This document shows positions 1 through 10,464 of a DNA stretch of 64,000 bases, piece by piece (the first letter of the stretch is position 1; the number at the start of each line of letters is the position of its first letter). This DNA comes from an uncultured Desulfohalobiaceae bacterium. Its GTDB lineage: Bacteria; Desulfobacterota; Desulfovibrionia; Desulfovibrionales; Desulfothermaceae. A model generated the notes under the pieces. That model was not told the origin of the DNA. It saw only the letters and a program-made list of their open reading frames with translations, and did no database searches. The stretch covers positions 12,819-76,818 of the forward strand of contig CAYRSC010000018.1 in NCBI GenBank assembly GCA_964427155.1, in the 5' to 3' direction. A program made the translations under genes and the position numbers.

Positions 1-110
1 ACAATTGACCCTTGAGTTATTGGTGTGAAAAAATTAAAGCAGAATCATCTCCACTCCTTATTTTGGCAGATTCCAGGGATGGAGGCAACAATATTTTAGG
101 AGTATTTTAA

Positions 111-1553
111 ATGAGAATAGTGGTGGCAGCTCCCCCCATCAGGGATTTTTATTTCACCCCTCACAGGGCCGCATTTCTAGGGGCACGGATTGCCTACTCG
201 GTGGTGGGGAGGATGGGGCATGAGGGGGAACTCCTCCTCTTTCCCCACATGGTGTCCCGGGCAAAACCAATACCCCTTCCCCGGGAGCTGGAATACCTAA
301 AGGAGGTAATGCACCCTGGAGAGAGGGGACCTCTCTCTTTTTTTTCTTCCTACAAACGCCTTGGGCCTGCCTTTGAGAGATGTGCCCATATCATTGGACA
401 GCATAGGCCCCATATACTTTTTATCTCTTGTTTTGCCTTTTGTTATGCCCTAGACACCATTGAACTTGCCAGAGAGGTAAAGCGCCTATATCCCTATATA
501 TCCATAGTTGTGGGAGGAGGGGGTGCAACAGTCTTTCCTGAATACTTCAGGGAATGTCCCTGGATTGACCATGTGCTTCCAGGAGAGGCAGAGGAGATAT
601 TGCCCCCTTTCTTCAAAAAACACAGCAACAACATCCCCTCTCCCTATCCCATTATAGCCCCTGCCCTGCAGACCAGAAAACACCTATACTATTCCACCTA
701 TATATCCAGGGGATGTCCCAGGAAATGCAGATTTTGCTCCACCCACCTTGTACATGGAAGGAAAATAAGGAGAGTAGATGCCCACCTTTTGAGAAAGGAG
801 ATGGGCAGGCTCCCCCCCTCTCCCCTCTTATTTCTAAATTTTGAAGATGACAATATCCTGCTGTCTCGCAAGATGTTTTTAGACCTACTCCATGAGATAA
901 GACGAGAAAGAAAAAACACCCTCTTTTCCTGCGAAAATGGGATAGACTATCTCCTCCTGGACATCCCCACCCTGGAAGAGATGGTCTCCCTTGGCTTCAG
1001 ACAATTCAACTTTTCCCTTGGAAATATATCTCCCCACATCTCCTCCCTCCAGGAGAGAAATGTGGACATAGGTCACCTGAGCACCCTTCTCACCCTCCTG
1101 GACAAAAAAGATATTCCTGCAATTACCTATTTTATCTGTGGTTTCAAAGGAGAGAGATGGGAAAACGCCCTGGAAAACCTCTCCCTTCTCTTCTCCCTTA
1201 AGACCCGCGTAGGCCTTTCCCCTTTCTATCCGGTTCCAGGGATTGCAGGATATGAGGACAGGGAGATATTCTGGAGGTACTCCCCTGTGCTGACCTGTGG
1301 AAGCTCCCTGTGGCCATGGAACAACTCCCTCTCCACCCTGGAGATGGCAACCTTATTTCGCCTTGTACGGTTTACAAATCTTCACAAAAAAAGTAGCAGG
1401 AGTGCGGAGGAGGAAGAACTACTCAGGATGTGTCTCAAAAACAGAAGGCTCTATACCTGGATAGATGGCTCCATAGAGGAGGTTAGGAGCTATCACAGGG
1501 AGATGGTGAGGGATTTTTTTGAAATCATAGAAGCACAGGAGAGCCCTTTATGA
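111..1553 (+). CDS. Radical SAM protein with N-terminal B12-binding-like region
   Basis: 480-aa ORF. CxxxCxxC cluster motif in YISRGCPRKCRFCSTH. Stop overlaps the next start (ATGA at 1550-1553). Confidence 0.7.
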   Translation: MRIVVAAPPIRDFYFTPHRAAFLGARIAYSVVGRMGHEGELLLFPHMVSRAKPIPLPRELEYLKEVMHPGERGPLSFFSSYKRLGPAFERCAHIIGQHRPHILFISCFAFCYALDTIELAREVKRLYPYISIVVGGGGATVFPEYFRECPWIDHVLPGEAEEILPPFFKKHSNNIPSPYPIIAPALQTRKHLYYSTYISRGCPRKCRFCSTHLVHGRKIRRVDAHLLRKEMGRLPPSPLLFLNFEDDNILLSRKMFLDLLHEIRRERKNTLFSCENGIDYLLLDIPTLEEMVSLGFRQFNFSLGNISPHISSLQERNVDIGHLSTLLTLLDKKDIPAITYFICGFKGERWENALENLSLLFSLKTRVGLSPFYPVPGIAGYEDREIFWRYSPVLTCGSSLWPWNNSLSTLEMATLFRLVRFTNLHKKSSRSAEEEELLRMCLKNRRLYTWIDGSIEEVRSYHREMVRDFFEIIEAQESPL

Positions 1554-3802
1554 AACCACCAGCCTATGTCACAGCAGTATTGCTATTTGTCGCCATGGTT
1601 GTGATGCCCTGCACCTGTTGGTCTGGCGGCTCAAAGACCCCCTTCAGGTTAAAGATAAAGGAACAGGGCCCCTTTAGACTGAGGGCAGACAGATTTATCC
1701 TTCACAAAGAAGAACACATCCTTGAGGCCATTGGCCATGTGATGTTACGTTCAAAGAGCTATCGCATAGAGGCAGATTATGCACGATATAATCAGCAGGC
1801 CCATCTCATATATCTAAGGGGACATGTAAAGGCCCTGTGGGGAGGGGACACCATCAGGGCAGAGGAGGTGGAGGTAAATGTATCCTCCTCCCTTGGATGG
1901 ATAAGGAATGGAGAGATATTTTATGCGGCTCCCCACCTCTATTTCAAGGGAAAATTCATTGAGAAGACAGGAGAAAACACATACAGGTTCACAGGCCTCA
2001 CCATCACAGGGTGTGACAATTCTCCCCCCTCCTGGTCATTGTATGTGAAGAGGGGTGAGATGGAAAGGGATGGAGATGCCAGGCTTTATCATATCTTATT
2101 TAACGTAAAGGACCATCCCCTACTCTATTTCCCTTATCTCCAGTTACCTGTACTCAGAAGGCGGAAATCAGGCATCCTCATACCGGAATTTGTATCCAGC
2201 TCCAGGGATGGAATGGGTGGGATTGTGCCCTATTATCTGGTACTATCAAAAGAGGACGACATTACCTTTTATCCTGGCTATTACAGCAAAAGGGGTCCCA
2301 TCTTTGGAATAGAGTACCGTGCCACCCCAAATGTGGAATCTAAGCTCTTTCTTATGGCCAGCTGGCTCCACGATAAGATATATTCCCTCACCGACTCTGA
2401 GGACCTCCCTCAATTCCAGGGAGATGGTCTTATCCGCCCCAACAAAAACCGATACTGGATAAGGGGAAAGGTGAACACCTATCTTGTGGAACCATGGTGG
2501 TCCCTGAAGATGGATGTGGACTATGCCTCAGACCAGAACCTATTGAGGGAATTTGATTCTGGTTATCTCGGGTTTAAGCGTTCAAGGGACACCTTTTTAA
2601 GCGAGTTTGGTCGCAACATAAACAACAAAGACTCCCTTATACGGACAAATACTCTGCTTGTATCCAGGAATTTTTCCTCCTGGGAGGGATATGTAAAGGT
2701 GGTGTACAATGAAGATCTCGCATATATGAATGGAAACAACGACCCCTCCCAAAATCCCACGGTGCAGACACTTCCAGAACTGGGCATAAACCTATCCCGG
2801 ACCCCTCTTCCCTGGGGGGATATAAACATAGAGGCCCAAACCACTGCAGACTATTTCTGGCGCAGATATGGGGACACAGGGGCCAGAGTGGACATATATC
2901 CCACCTTTACTCGCACATTTAACTCTAACTATGCCACCATCATCCCCCGTCTCTCCTTTAGGGAAACCCTCTATATGTTAGACCACCGGCAGAGTAGCTC
3001 TCTGGATAGATTTGAAAACAGGAATATATGGGAAACAGGGGTAAACATCTCCACTGAGCTCTTTAGGATATATCACCCCCTAAGGGGTATGGCACTTAGA
3101 CACAGGGTGATACCAGAGGTTGATTATCTATATCGTCCTTCTCCAAGCACCACCAATGTGCCTCAATTTGACTCTGTGGATAGCATAAGTAGGGCAAACA
3201 GGGTAACCTATTCCCTCTCTAACATCTTTACCCTCAAGAGGGGTACCCTAAATCCCACCTATATTGACATCCTCACCCTTAAATTAGAACAAAGCTATGA
3301 CCTGGAGGAGGCTGGCAGGGAAAAGGACCTGGACAAATACCCCAGACGCCCCTTTACAGATATTCGTATGGATTGGAAGATAAACTATCCACCCCCTCTC
3401 TCTGTGGGAGGTACCCTGTGGTTTTCCCCTTATATTCGGTCGCTGGTGGAATCAGAGACCTCTGCGAGGCTCAACCCCGTGGAAGGTCTCTCCTTGTTTG
3501 GAGGATATGATTATCAAAGAAAACTCACCAATGACATCCACAGGATAGGTCAGGAGAGGCTCTCTGTGGTAAGATATGGGACCATACTCACTCCCTCCCC
3601 TCAGTGGAAGCTCTCCTTTGAGGAACAGAGGGACCTGGTGGAGGGGGAGACCATAAAAAGGGAGATAGATATGAGATATAACCACCAGTGTTGGAGCCTG
3701 GATGTGCTCTACACCCATACAGAAGATGAGGACAGAGTAGAGTTTTCCATTGTGCTGGGAACACTGGGAGAAATAAACCAGGGGCTGTCCCTGAAGAGGT
3801 AG
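1550..3802 (+). CDS. lptD: LPS-assembly outer membrane protein LptD (OstA family)
   Basis: 750 aa with an N-terminal signal peptide (MKPPAYVTAVLLFVAMVVMPCTC). OstA/LptA-like N-terminal domain (RADRFILHKEEHILEAIGHVMLRSKSYRIEADYARY). Long aromatic/Gly-rich beta-barrel-like C-terminal part. Confidence 0.75.
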   Translation: MKPPAYVTAVLLFVAMVVMPCTCWSGGSKTPFRLKIKEQGPFRLRADRFILHKEEHILEAIGHVMLRSKSYRIEADYARYNQQAHLIYLRGHVKALWGGDTIRAEEVEVNVSSSLGWIRNGEIFYAAPHLYFKGKFIEKTGENTYRFTGLTITGCDNSPPSWSLYVKRGEMERDGDARLYHILFNVKDHPLLYFPYLQLPVLRRRKSGILIPEFVSSSRDGMGGIVPYYLVLSKEDDITFYPGYYSKRGPIFGIEYRATPNVESKLFLMASWLHDKIYSLTDSEDLPQFQGDGLIRPNKNRYWIRGKVNTYLVEPWWSLKMDVDYASDQNLLREFDSGYLGFKRSRDTFLSEFGRNINNKDSLIRTNTLLVSRNFSSWEGYVKVVYNEDLAYMNGNNDPSQNPTVQTLPELGINLSRTPLPWGDINIEAQTTADYFWRRYGDTGARVDIYPTFTRTFNSNYATIIPRLSFRETLYMLDHRQSSSLDRFENRNIWETGVNISTELFRIYHPLRGMALRHRVIPEVDYLYRPSPSTTNVPQFDSVDSISRANRVTYSLSNIFTLKRGTLNPTYIDILTLKLEQSYDLEEAGREKDLDKYPRRPFTDIRMDWKINYPPPLSVGGTLWFSPYIRSLVESETSARLNPVEGLSLFGGYDYQRKLTNDIHRIGQERLSVVRYGTILTPSPQWKLSFEEQRDLVEGETIKREIDMRYNHQCWSLDVLYTHTEDEDRVEFSIVLGTLGEINQGLSLKR

Positions 3803-3804
3803 CC

Positions 3805-5487
3805 ATGGCAAGGATAAGGCCTTTATCCAACCACCTCATAAACATAATAGCCGCTGGAGAGGTGATAGAACGACCTGCAAATGTGGTAAAGGAATTGGTG
3901 GAAAACAGTCTGGACGCAGGGGCCAGTGAGGTAGAGGTGGAGATAGAGAAGGGGGGAAAGGGACTCGTGCTGGTGCAGGATAATGGAGAGGGCATGGATG
4001 AGGAGGACCTCCCTCTGGCGGTTCAGTCACATGCCACCAGCAAGATATATTCCCTGGAGCATTTGACGCAGATATCCTCTTTTGGATTCAGGGGAGAGGC
4101 ACTTTCCTCCATAGGGGCAGTATCCCACCTGAAGATATGCTCCATTACCCCCTCATCTGAGATAGGGGCATGTATAGAGGTGGAGTTTGGAGAACTGGGT
4201 GAGGTATATCCCTGTGCTCTTAGTAGGGGAACCAGGGTGGAGGTAAGGGACCTGTTTCTCAGGACCCCAGCAAGACTAAAGTTTCTAAGGTCCACAGCAA
4301 CAGAGGCAAGGAGATGCCAGGATATATTTGTAAGGATGGCCCTGGCTCACCTGGATAAGAGATTCTCTTTTAAGAGGCAGGGGAGCGAGGTATTCCTTAT
4401 GGAGGAGGGAGAGGCTCTCCGGACAAGACTGGCCAGGGTATGGCCCTCCTCTGTGGTGGAAGAGATGCTTGAGATAGAGGATGTAAGGGGATATGCGAAG
4501 ATAAAAGGACTGGTTTCCCCCCCTCACCTCTCCCAGAAAAGGGGGAATAGGATAATGTTTTATGTGAATTCACGACCTATCCAGGACAGGCTCCTTATGA
4601 GGTCCCTTAGCTCCGCCTATGAAGGAAAACTCCTCTCCAGAGAGTTTCCCTGTGCCATCCTCTTTTTGGAGTTACCCCCCTCAAAGATAGACATAAATGT
4701 GCACCCCTCCAAGGAAGAGGTACGATTTCGGGACGAATCCCTTATATTTTCCCTTGTCCATAATGCAGTAAAACAGGTGATAGACCCTCCCCCTGTGCAT
4801 ACCTCTTTTGAGCTACACTCTCCCCCCTCTCCCTATGGTCAGCACATATCTTTCCCTGAGGTAAGTGAGAAAGGGGAGAGCAGAGGACCTGGCAGAGAGG
4901 TGAGACCCCCCTTTGCCCCAACCCCAGAGACTGGGGAACTACCCTCTGAGGATGAGGGCTTCTCATACCTGGGACAGGTCCTGGATTCTTATCTGGTGAT
5001 CTCTGTGGGCGGTGAATCCCTCCTCATAGTGGACCAACATGCGGCCCATGAAAGGGTACTTTATGAGAGATATATTAGAAGCCCCAGGTTTTACTCCCAG
5101 CCCCTTCACATGCCCCTGGTGGTGGATTTACCCCCCTCTGTAGAGGATTCTTTTCTTTCCCACCTAAAAAAGGTGGGGTTTGAGTTTGAGCTAAAGGGCA
5201 ACTGCCTTGTGCTCCATTCCTATCCCAGCATACTTAAGGCAAATGAAGTAAAAGAGGTCCTGGAAGGCACCTTTTCCTCCCCCAGAGACCGCATAAAGGA
5301 GATGTACAGGCTTATGGCGTGTAAAAGGGCCATAAAGGCCAAAACACCCCTTGCCCCTCATGAGGCAATGGCCCTGCTGAGATCGTGGTTTAATACCCCT
5401 GAGAGGGAATTTTGTCCCCATGGAAGGCCCACAGTGATATATATGGATGAGGAGACCCTGGAGAAGATGTTTAAACGAAGGGCATAG
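3805..5487 (+). CDS. mutL: DNA mismatch repair protein MutL (endonuclease-type)
   Basis: GHKL ATPase N-terminus (IAAGEVIERPANVVKELVENSLDAGA). C-terminal DQHAAHERVLYE endonuclease motif. Confidence 0.95.
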   Translation: MARIRPLSNHLINIIAAGEVIERPANVVKELVENSLDAGASEVEVEIEKGGKGLVLVQDNGEGMDEEDLPLAVQSHATSKIYSLEHLTQISSFGFRGEALSSIGAVSHLKICSITPSSEIGACIEVEFGELGEVYPCALSRGTRVEVRDLFLRTPARLKFLRSTATEARRCQDIFVRMALAHLDKRFSFKRQGSEVFLMEEGEALRTRLARVWPSSVVEEMLEIEDVRGYAKIKGLVSPPHLSQKRGNRIMFYVNSRPIQDRLLMRSLSSAYEGKLLSREFPCAILFLELPPSKIDINVHPSKEEVRFRDESLIFSLVHNAVKQVIDPPPVHTSFELHSPPSPYGQHISFPEVSEKGESRGPGREVRPPFAPTPETGELPSEDEGFSYLGQVLDSYLVISVGGESLLIVDQHAAHERVLYERYIRSPRFYSQPLHMPLVVDLPPSVEDSFLSHLKKVGFEFELKGNCLVLHSYPSILKANEVKEVLEGTFSSPRDRIKEMYRLMACKRAIKAKTPLAPHEAMALLRSWFNTPEREFCPHGRPTVIYMDEETLEKMFKRRA

Positions 5488-5490
5488 GCA

Positions 5491-6270
5491 ATGAGAATAT
5501 TTGCCGCTTCAAAGGGGGCTTCCAGAAGAAAGGAGAGGATAGAGAGGGAGATGGGAAGGGAACTACTCTCCTCTTCCCTTCCCATCTCCCTGGAGGTGAG
5601 ACCTTCCAGCCTTGTTCTCCACTTTCCCTCACGTGTTTCCACCCCCTTTGGCTTCTACACCTTTGAACTGGACCCTGGCACACCTCCATACCAGGGCAGA
5701 CCTCCCTCCAGGACACAACCCCTCATAAGGGCAATTGCCCTTAAAAGAAAAAAAAGGATTATTGTACTTGACGCCACCTGTGGCCTGGGAGAAGATGCCT
5801 ATCTACTGGCAAGATATGGTTTTTCTGTAATAGGTGTGGAGAAAAATCCCCTCTTATACCTGCTTGTAAGGGATATAATTGCCAGAATAGGGATAGAAGA
5901 TATAAGCACTTCCACGCGTATTCGTCTGTTATGCGCCGACTCCTTAAGGGTTCTACAAGAGATACATCAAGGGAGAATTGACCTGCCTCTACCCCATGTG
6001 GTCTATCTGGACCCCATGTATCCCTCCACATACAGGAGACGGGGAAAAGAGAAGAAGCGTATGCAGATCATCCGTTTTATAGTGGGAGGGGGGGAAGATA
6101 CAGAAGCAAAGGACCTCGCCCTGGCGGCCATGGCCATTGCAAGGCACAAGGTGGTGATAAAGAGGCCCAAGAAACATCCCCCCCTTGATCTGGGAGTGTC
6201 TCCCTCCCACTCGGTAGTGGGACGGGGACACAGGTTTGACATATATTATGTCCCAAAGGAGGATAAATGA
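5491..6270 (+). CDS. rsmJ: 16S rRNA m2G1516 methyltransferase RsmJ-like SAM-dependent methyltransferase
   Basis: VLDATCGLGEDAYLLA SAM-binding motif. VVYLDPMYP, VVIKRPKK and GHRFDIY strings parallel E. coli RsmJ. Confidence 0.75.
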   Translation: MRIFAASKGASRRKERIEREMGRELLSSSLPISLEVRPSSLVLHFPSRVSTPFGFYTFELDPGTPPYQGRPPSRTQPLIRAIALKRKKRIIVLDATCGLGEDAYLLARYGFSVIGVEKNPLLYLLVRDIIARIGIEDISTSTRIRLLCADSLRVLQEIHQGRIDLPLPHVVYLDPMYPSTYRRRGKEKKRMQIIRFIVGGGEDTEAKDLALAAMAIARHKVVIKRPKKHPPLDLGVSPSHSVVGRGHRFDIYYVPKEDK

Positions 6271-7250
6271 GGATTGGTTCAGAGGAGGAAGTCCTGTCTC
6301 TCGTGGATAAATACTTTTCTCCCTATTCACATACAGAGATCATCCTTCCCAGGGGCGATGATTGTGCCATCTATCAGGGATATGAGAGGATGTGTGTCTC
6401 TTCTGACCTCTTTCTGGAAGATGTTCACTTTAAAAGGAGATACTTTCCCCCTTACTTCATTGGTCTAAAGGCACTTACAGTCAATATAACAGACATCCTA
6501 TCCATGGGGGCAAATCCCCTGGGTTTTAACATGGGCCTTATCCTTCCTCCATCTATTTCTATAAGTTTTTTAGAGGAGTTTTTAAAAGGAATGGCAGATA
6601 TGGCCTCCCGATTTCACCTCTATCTCGCTGGTGGAGATATATCCTCTGGGGGTATCTTTGGGGTGGACATAACCATCTGGGGCAGGGTTGGAGAAAGATT
6701 TTTTCAGAGAAACACGGGAAAGGTGGGGGACTATATCTTTGTCACAGGAGAGATAGGACTCTCACGGGCAGGACTAATGGCCCTTGAGAGGGGCTTGGAT
6801 CCCTCTAGGTATGGAGAGGCAATAAGGGCTCATCTCTCTCCTCACATCTGCGCCACAGAGGCAGGGCTAATCAGGGATAACCCCCATATCACCTCCCTTA
6901 TGGACCTCTCAGACGGGATTGCCAGGGACCTCCCAAGGCTGTTGTCTCCCAGGGTGGGGGCACATCTGGAGATTAAAAGGGAGGAACTCTCCCCTGAGGT
7001 GGTGGAGGTGGCCAGAGAGGTGGGGGAAGACCCCCTGGAGTTTGCCCTGAGGGGAGGAGAAGAGTATTGTTTTCTGGGCACCATTGAAGAGGAGGGCATT
7101 TCCTCTTTATTAACAGAGGTGCCACGCACAAAGGTCATTGGAAGGATAGTGTCTGAAAAAGGCATAAGGATAAATTCTCTCCCCCTGCATATTGAGGGGT
7201 TTGACCACTTTAAACATAGGAGGCGCTTATGCACACCTCACTCACCATAA
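6267..7250 (+). CDS. thiL: Thiamine-monophosphate kinase
   Basis: AIR-synthase-like fold motifs: PRGDDCAI, DLFLEDVHF, LAGGDIS. 327 aa. Confidence 0.85.
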   Translation: MRIGSEEEVLSLVDKYFSPYSHTEIILPRGDDCAIYQGYERMCVSSDLFLEDVHFKRRYFPPYFIGLKALTVNITDILSMGANPLGFNMGLILPPSISISFLEEFLKGMADMASRFHLYLAGGDISSGGIFGVDITIWGRVGERFFQRNTGKVGDYIFVTGEIGLSRAGLMALERGLDPSRYGEAIRAHLSPHICATEAGLIRDNPHITSLMDLSDGIARDLPRLLSPRVGAHLEIKREELSPEVVEVAREVGEDPLEFALRGGEEYCFLGTIEEEGISSLLTEVPRTKVIGRIVSEKGIRINSLPLHIEGFDHFKHRRRLCTPHSP

Positions 7251-8212
7251 TAGGACATGTTCGCTCCTGTTACAAAGACAGGTCTCAGTGTCCCAGACAA
7301 CCCCATCACGGTATGCCCTGCTCTATAATAGAGATAAGAGAGGAATTTTCCCCTGCACTGGATGGCCTGAAACCAGGAGATGAGCTGGTGGTGCTCACCT
7401 GGCTCCACCTAGGAGATAGAGATACCCTAAGGTGCCACCCCAGAGGAGACACCTCAATCCCCAAAAAGGGGATATTTGCCACCCGCTCCCCTGACAGACC
7501 AAACCCCATTGGTCTGCATAGGGTAACCCTTTTGAAGATAGAGGACACTACCCTTACTGTGCATCCCCTGGAGGTCATGGACCAGACCCCGGTGATAGAC
7601 ATTAAACCTGTAAGGTTTGATGTGTATAAAAGGTCCTGGGGCCCCCATATAGATGTTCATGTTGCAGAGGGGATAAAAGAGGCGGGATATAGGGGATGGA
7701 TAAGGGGATTGTTTTCTGGGTACAATGGCAATATAAGTGTAAGACAGGACAATATCATGGTGATCACCAGAAGTGGATGCAACAAGTCCTCTCTTGCCCC
7801 GGGAGACCTGGTGGCGATTGACATGGAGACCCAATCCCCCTATGGGGAGGCCACCCCTTCCTCAGAGTGGCGAATGCACCTTGAGATATACCATGCCCAA
7901 CCTGAATGCAGGGCCATTGTCCACACCCATCCCCCTCATCTCCTTGCCGCCATCTCCACAAATACCTCCTTTCTAGAGGAGATGGAGATATTTGAAGGAA
8001 AACTCTTTAAAGAGGAGATGGCCATGGTGGAGCCCTTTCCTCCAGGGAGCCAGAAGCTCGCCCAGGAGGCGGCACAATGGGCCACAGACAATGGCCTTCT
8101 CATACTCAAGTCCCATGGACTGGTGGCCCTGGGGAGGGATGTCCTTCACGCCCTTTCCCTTTCAGAAGAGCTTGAGATGCTGGCCCAACTATATCTAATG
8201 GGGACTCACTGA
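7229..8212 (+). CDS. Fusion protein: TrmO/TsaA-like (YaeB, UPF0066) N-terminal domain plus class II aldolase/adducin-family C-terminal domain
   Basis: N-terminal part: IGHVRSCY...RSPDRPNPIGLHRVTLLKIE...VMDQTPVIDIKP. C-terminal part: GNISVR...AIVHTHPPH...LKSHGLVALG, which are class II aldolase metal-ligand contexts. Confidence 0.7.
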   Translation: MHTSLTIIGHVRSCYKDRSQCPRQPHHGMPCSIIEIREEFSPALDGLKPGDELVVLTWLHLGDRDTLRCHPRGDTSIPKKGIFATRSPDRPNPIGLHRVTLLKIEDTTLTVHPLEVMDQTPVIDIKPVRFDVYKRSWGPHIDVHVAEGIKEAGYRGWIRGLFSGYNGNISVRQDNIMVITRSGCNKSSLAPGDLVAIDMETQSPYGEATPSSEWRMHLEIYHAQPECRAIVHTHPPHLLAAISTNTSFLEEMEIFEGKLFKEEMAMVEPFPPGSQKLAQEAAQWATDNGLLILKSHGLVALGRDVLHALSLSEELEMLAQLYLMGTH

Positions 8213-9495
8213 GATTGCTCAAGTCTGTGTTGGTATAACAGCCTTCCCCCTATTATGTGGAGCCTCACCCTTCCCTGGAGGTCTTCACCCATACATGGGG
8301 TATTCTTTCCTCTGGAATAAAGGGAATTAGCAGAGACCCTCCAGGTAAGATGGGGGTCAAAGAGCACCACATCTGCCCTATCTCCCCTCTTAAAGCCATT
8401 TTTATCCAGCCCAAAGATAGAGGAGGGATTATCACACATACACCTTATAAGATCATCTATTTCCAGCTCCCCCTCTTTCACCAGGGACCATAATAGGGAT
8501 AGGGCAGTATCAAGACCGCTTATTCCATTTGGGGCAAGGGCAAAGGGTACGTCCTTTTCAAAGTCAGCATGTGGAGCATGATCTGTGGCTATTACATCTA
8601 TTATGCCCTCTCTCACCCCCTGCCTCACTGCCACCACATCTGCCCTGGTTCTAAGGGGTGGATTTACCTTTGCAAGGGTATTATATCCCTCAATCAGGGA
8701 CTCATCCCACAAGAGATAGTGGGGACAGGTCTCTGCAGTTACCCTTATACCCCTCTTTTTGGCCCAATATATAAGCTCCACTGACTGCTCACAACTTATA
8801 TGGCACAGGTGGATTGGGATCTCCAGGTATTGGGCGAGAAGTATGTCCCGTGCCACCTGTAGGGACTCAGCAACCACAGGCTGACCCTTGAGCCCCAACC
8901 TGTCACTCACTTCCCCTTCATTCATAAGTCCCCCCTCTGAGAGAGAGGGATCCTCACAGTGGTCCATAACCAGCAGGGAGGCGGCAGAGGCATATTCCAA
9001 GGCCCTTCTAAATATCTCATTATTCCCCACTGGGACCCCATCGTTTGAGAGGGCCACACATCCCGCATCCCTTAATTCATAAAAGGGGGATAGCTCTCTC
9101 CCCTTCAGTCCCACTGTAAGTGCCCCCACTGGAGAAAGATATGGACCGTGTGGATAGAGGGAGCCTGCCTTTGAGATCATATATGAGGTCACTGAGGCAT
9201 TATCATTCACAGGCTCTGTGTTTGCCATGGCAAGGACGCGAGAAAAGCCCCCTGCCAGGGCGGCACTTAGACCTGAGCCTATATCCTCTTTGTATTCCTG
9301 TCCAGGGTCCCTGAGATGTACATGACAATCTATAAGGCCAGGCAACATTATATGGCCCTTTCCCTCTATTATAGGCACCTCTTTCCTCTTCTGCTCATGC
9401 CCATACCAGATGTCCTCTATCTTTCCGTCCTTTATATATACACTACACCTCTCACCCCTGTAAGTTACATCCTCTATCAAAAATTCTCTGTGCAT
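8206..9495 (-). CDS. pyrC: Dihydroorotase
   Basis: LIDCHVHLRDPG metal-binding motif and VIATDHAPH. Adjacent to pyrB. Confidence 0.9.
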   Translation of the reverse strand: MHREFLIEDVTYRGERCSVYIKDGKIEDIWYGHEQKRKEVPIIEGKGHIMLPGLIDCHVHLRDPGQEYKEDIGSGLSAALAGGFSRVLAMANTEPVNDNASVTSYMISKAGSLYPHGPYLSPVGALTVGLKGRELSPFYELRDAGCVALSNDGVPVGNNEIFRRALEYASAASLLVMDHCEDPSLSEGGLMNEGEVSDRLGLKGQPVVAESLQVARDILLAQYLEIPIHLCHISCEQSVELIYWAKKRGIRVTAETCPHYLLWDESLIEGYNTLAKVNPPLRTRADVVAVRQGVREGIIDVIATDHAPHADFEKDVPFALAPNGISGLDTALSLLWSLVKEGELEIDDLIRCMCDNPSSIFGLDKNGFKRGDRADVVLFDPHLTWRVSANSLYSRGKNTPCMGEDLQGRVRLHIIGGRLLYQHRLEQSQ

Positions 9496-9516
9496 AATTC
9501 CCTTCCTGAATCCATT

Positions 9517-10464
9517 TTAACTGGTTTTTACCCTTCCCATGAGATAGGTATGTAACAGGGCCATCCTGATGGCCACCCCTGCATTTACCTGATCCAGGAT
9601 AAGACTTACAGAAGAGTCTGCCAGGGAGGAACTTATCTCCACTCCCCGGTTCATGGGACCAGGATGCAGGACCCTTACACCCTTTGCCGCAAGAGAGAGG
9701 TGGGAAGGTGTTAATCCAAACCTCATGGAATATTCCCTGAGGGAGGGAAGTAGCCCCGCCTCCTGTCTTTCAAGCTGGAGCCTGAGACACTGGATGGCGT
9801 CCACCCCCCTGCAGGCCTCTTCCAGGGAATAATATACCTCCACTGGCCAGGAATCTATATTCCTGGGCAAAAGTGTGGGAGGTCCACACACCCTTACCTT
9901 TACTCCCAGTTTGGTAAACAGGGCCACATCAGACCGAGCCACCCTACTATGGGCAATATCTCCCAGTATCAGGAGGGTCTTCCCTGTAAAATCGTCCCAG
10001 TATTTACTCAGGGTATAGCCATCCAGCAGGGCCTGGGTGGGATGGGAATGCCATCCATCACCGGCATTTATCACTGGACACCTTACCTTGCTGGCAATAA
10101 AGTGAGGGGCACCACTGTGTCTATGTCTCACCACTATAAGGTCTGGATTCATGGCCTCCAGCGTGAGGACGGTATCCTTAAGGCTCTCTCCTTTCTCTTC
10201 ACTTGAGCCCTTTGTGGCCAGAGAAAACACATCTGCTGACAACCTCTTTCCAGCAATATCAAATGAGGTCTTGGTGCGGGTGGATGGCTCAGAAAAATAA
10301 AGGATTATGCTCTTTCCCTTTAAGGTTGGGACCTTTTTAACAGGTCTGGTATTTATCTCCTCAAACCTGTGGGCAAGCTCAAAAAGATAGAATATCTCTT
10401 CTTTGGAAAGGGGTTCAATATCTAGAAGGTGTTTATGGGGCCAGCTCATTCCATTATTCTCCAT
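9517..10464 (-). CDS. pyrB: Aspartate carbamoyltransferase catalytic subunit
   Basis: STRTKTSF carbamoyl-phosphate motif, [16 protein letters not shown]. Confidence 0.95.
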   Translation of the reverse strand: MENNGMSWPHKHLLDIEPLSKEEIFYLFELAHRFEEINTRPVKKVPTLKGKSIILYFSEPSTRTKTSFDIAGKRLSADVFSLATKGSSEEKGESLKDTVLTLEAMNPDLIVVRHRHSGAPHFIASKVRCPVINAGDGWHSHPTQALLDGYTLSKYWDDFTGKTLLILGDIAHSRVARSDVALFTKLGVKVRVCGPPTLLPRNIDSWPVEVYYSLEEACRGVDAIQCLRLQLERQEAGLLPSLREYSMRFGLTPSHLSLAAKGVRVLHPGPMNRGVEISSSLADSSVSLILDQVNAGVAIRMALLHTYLMGRVKTS

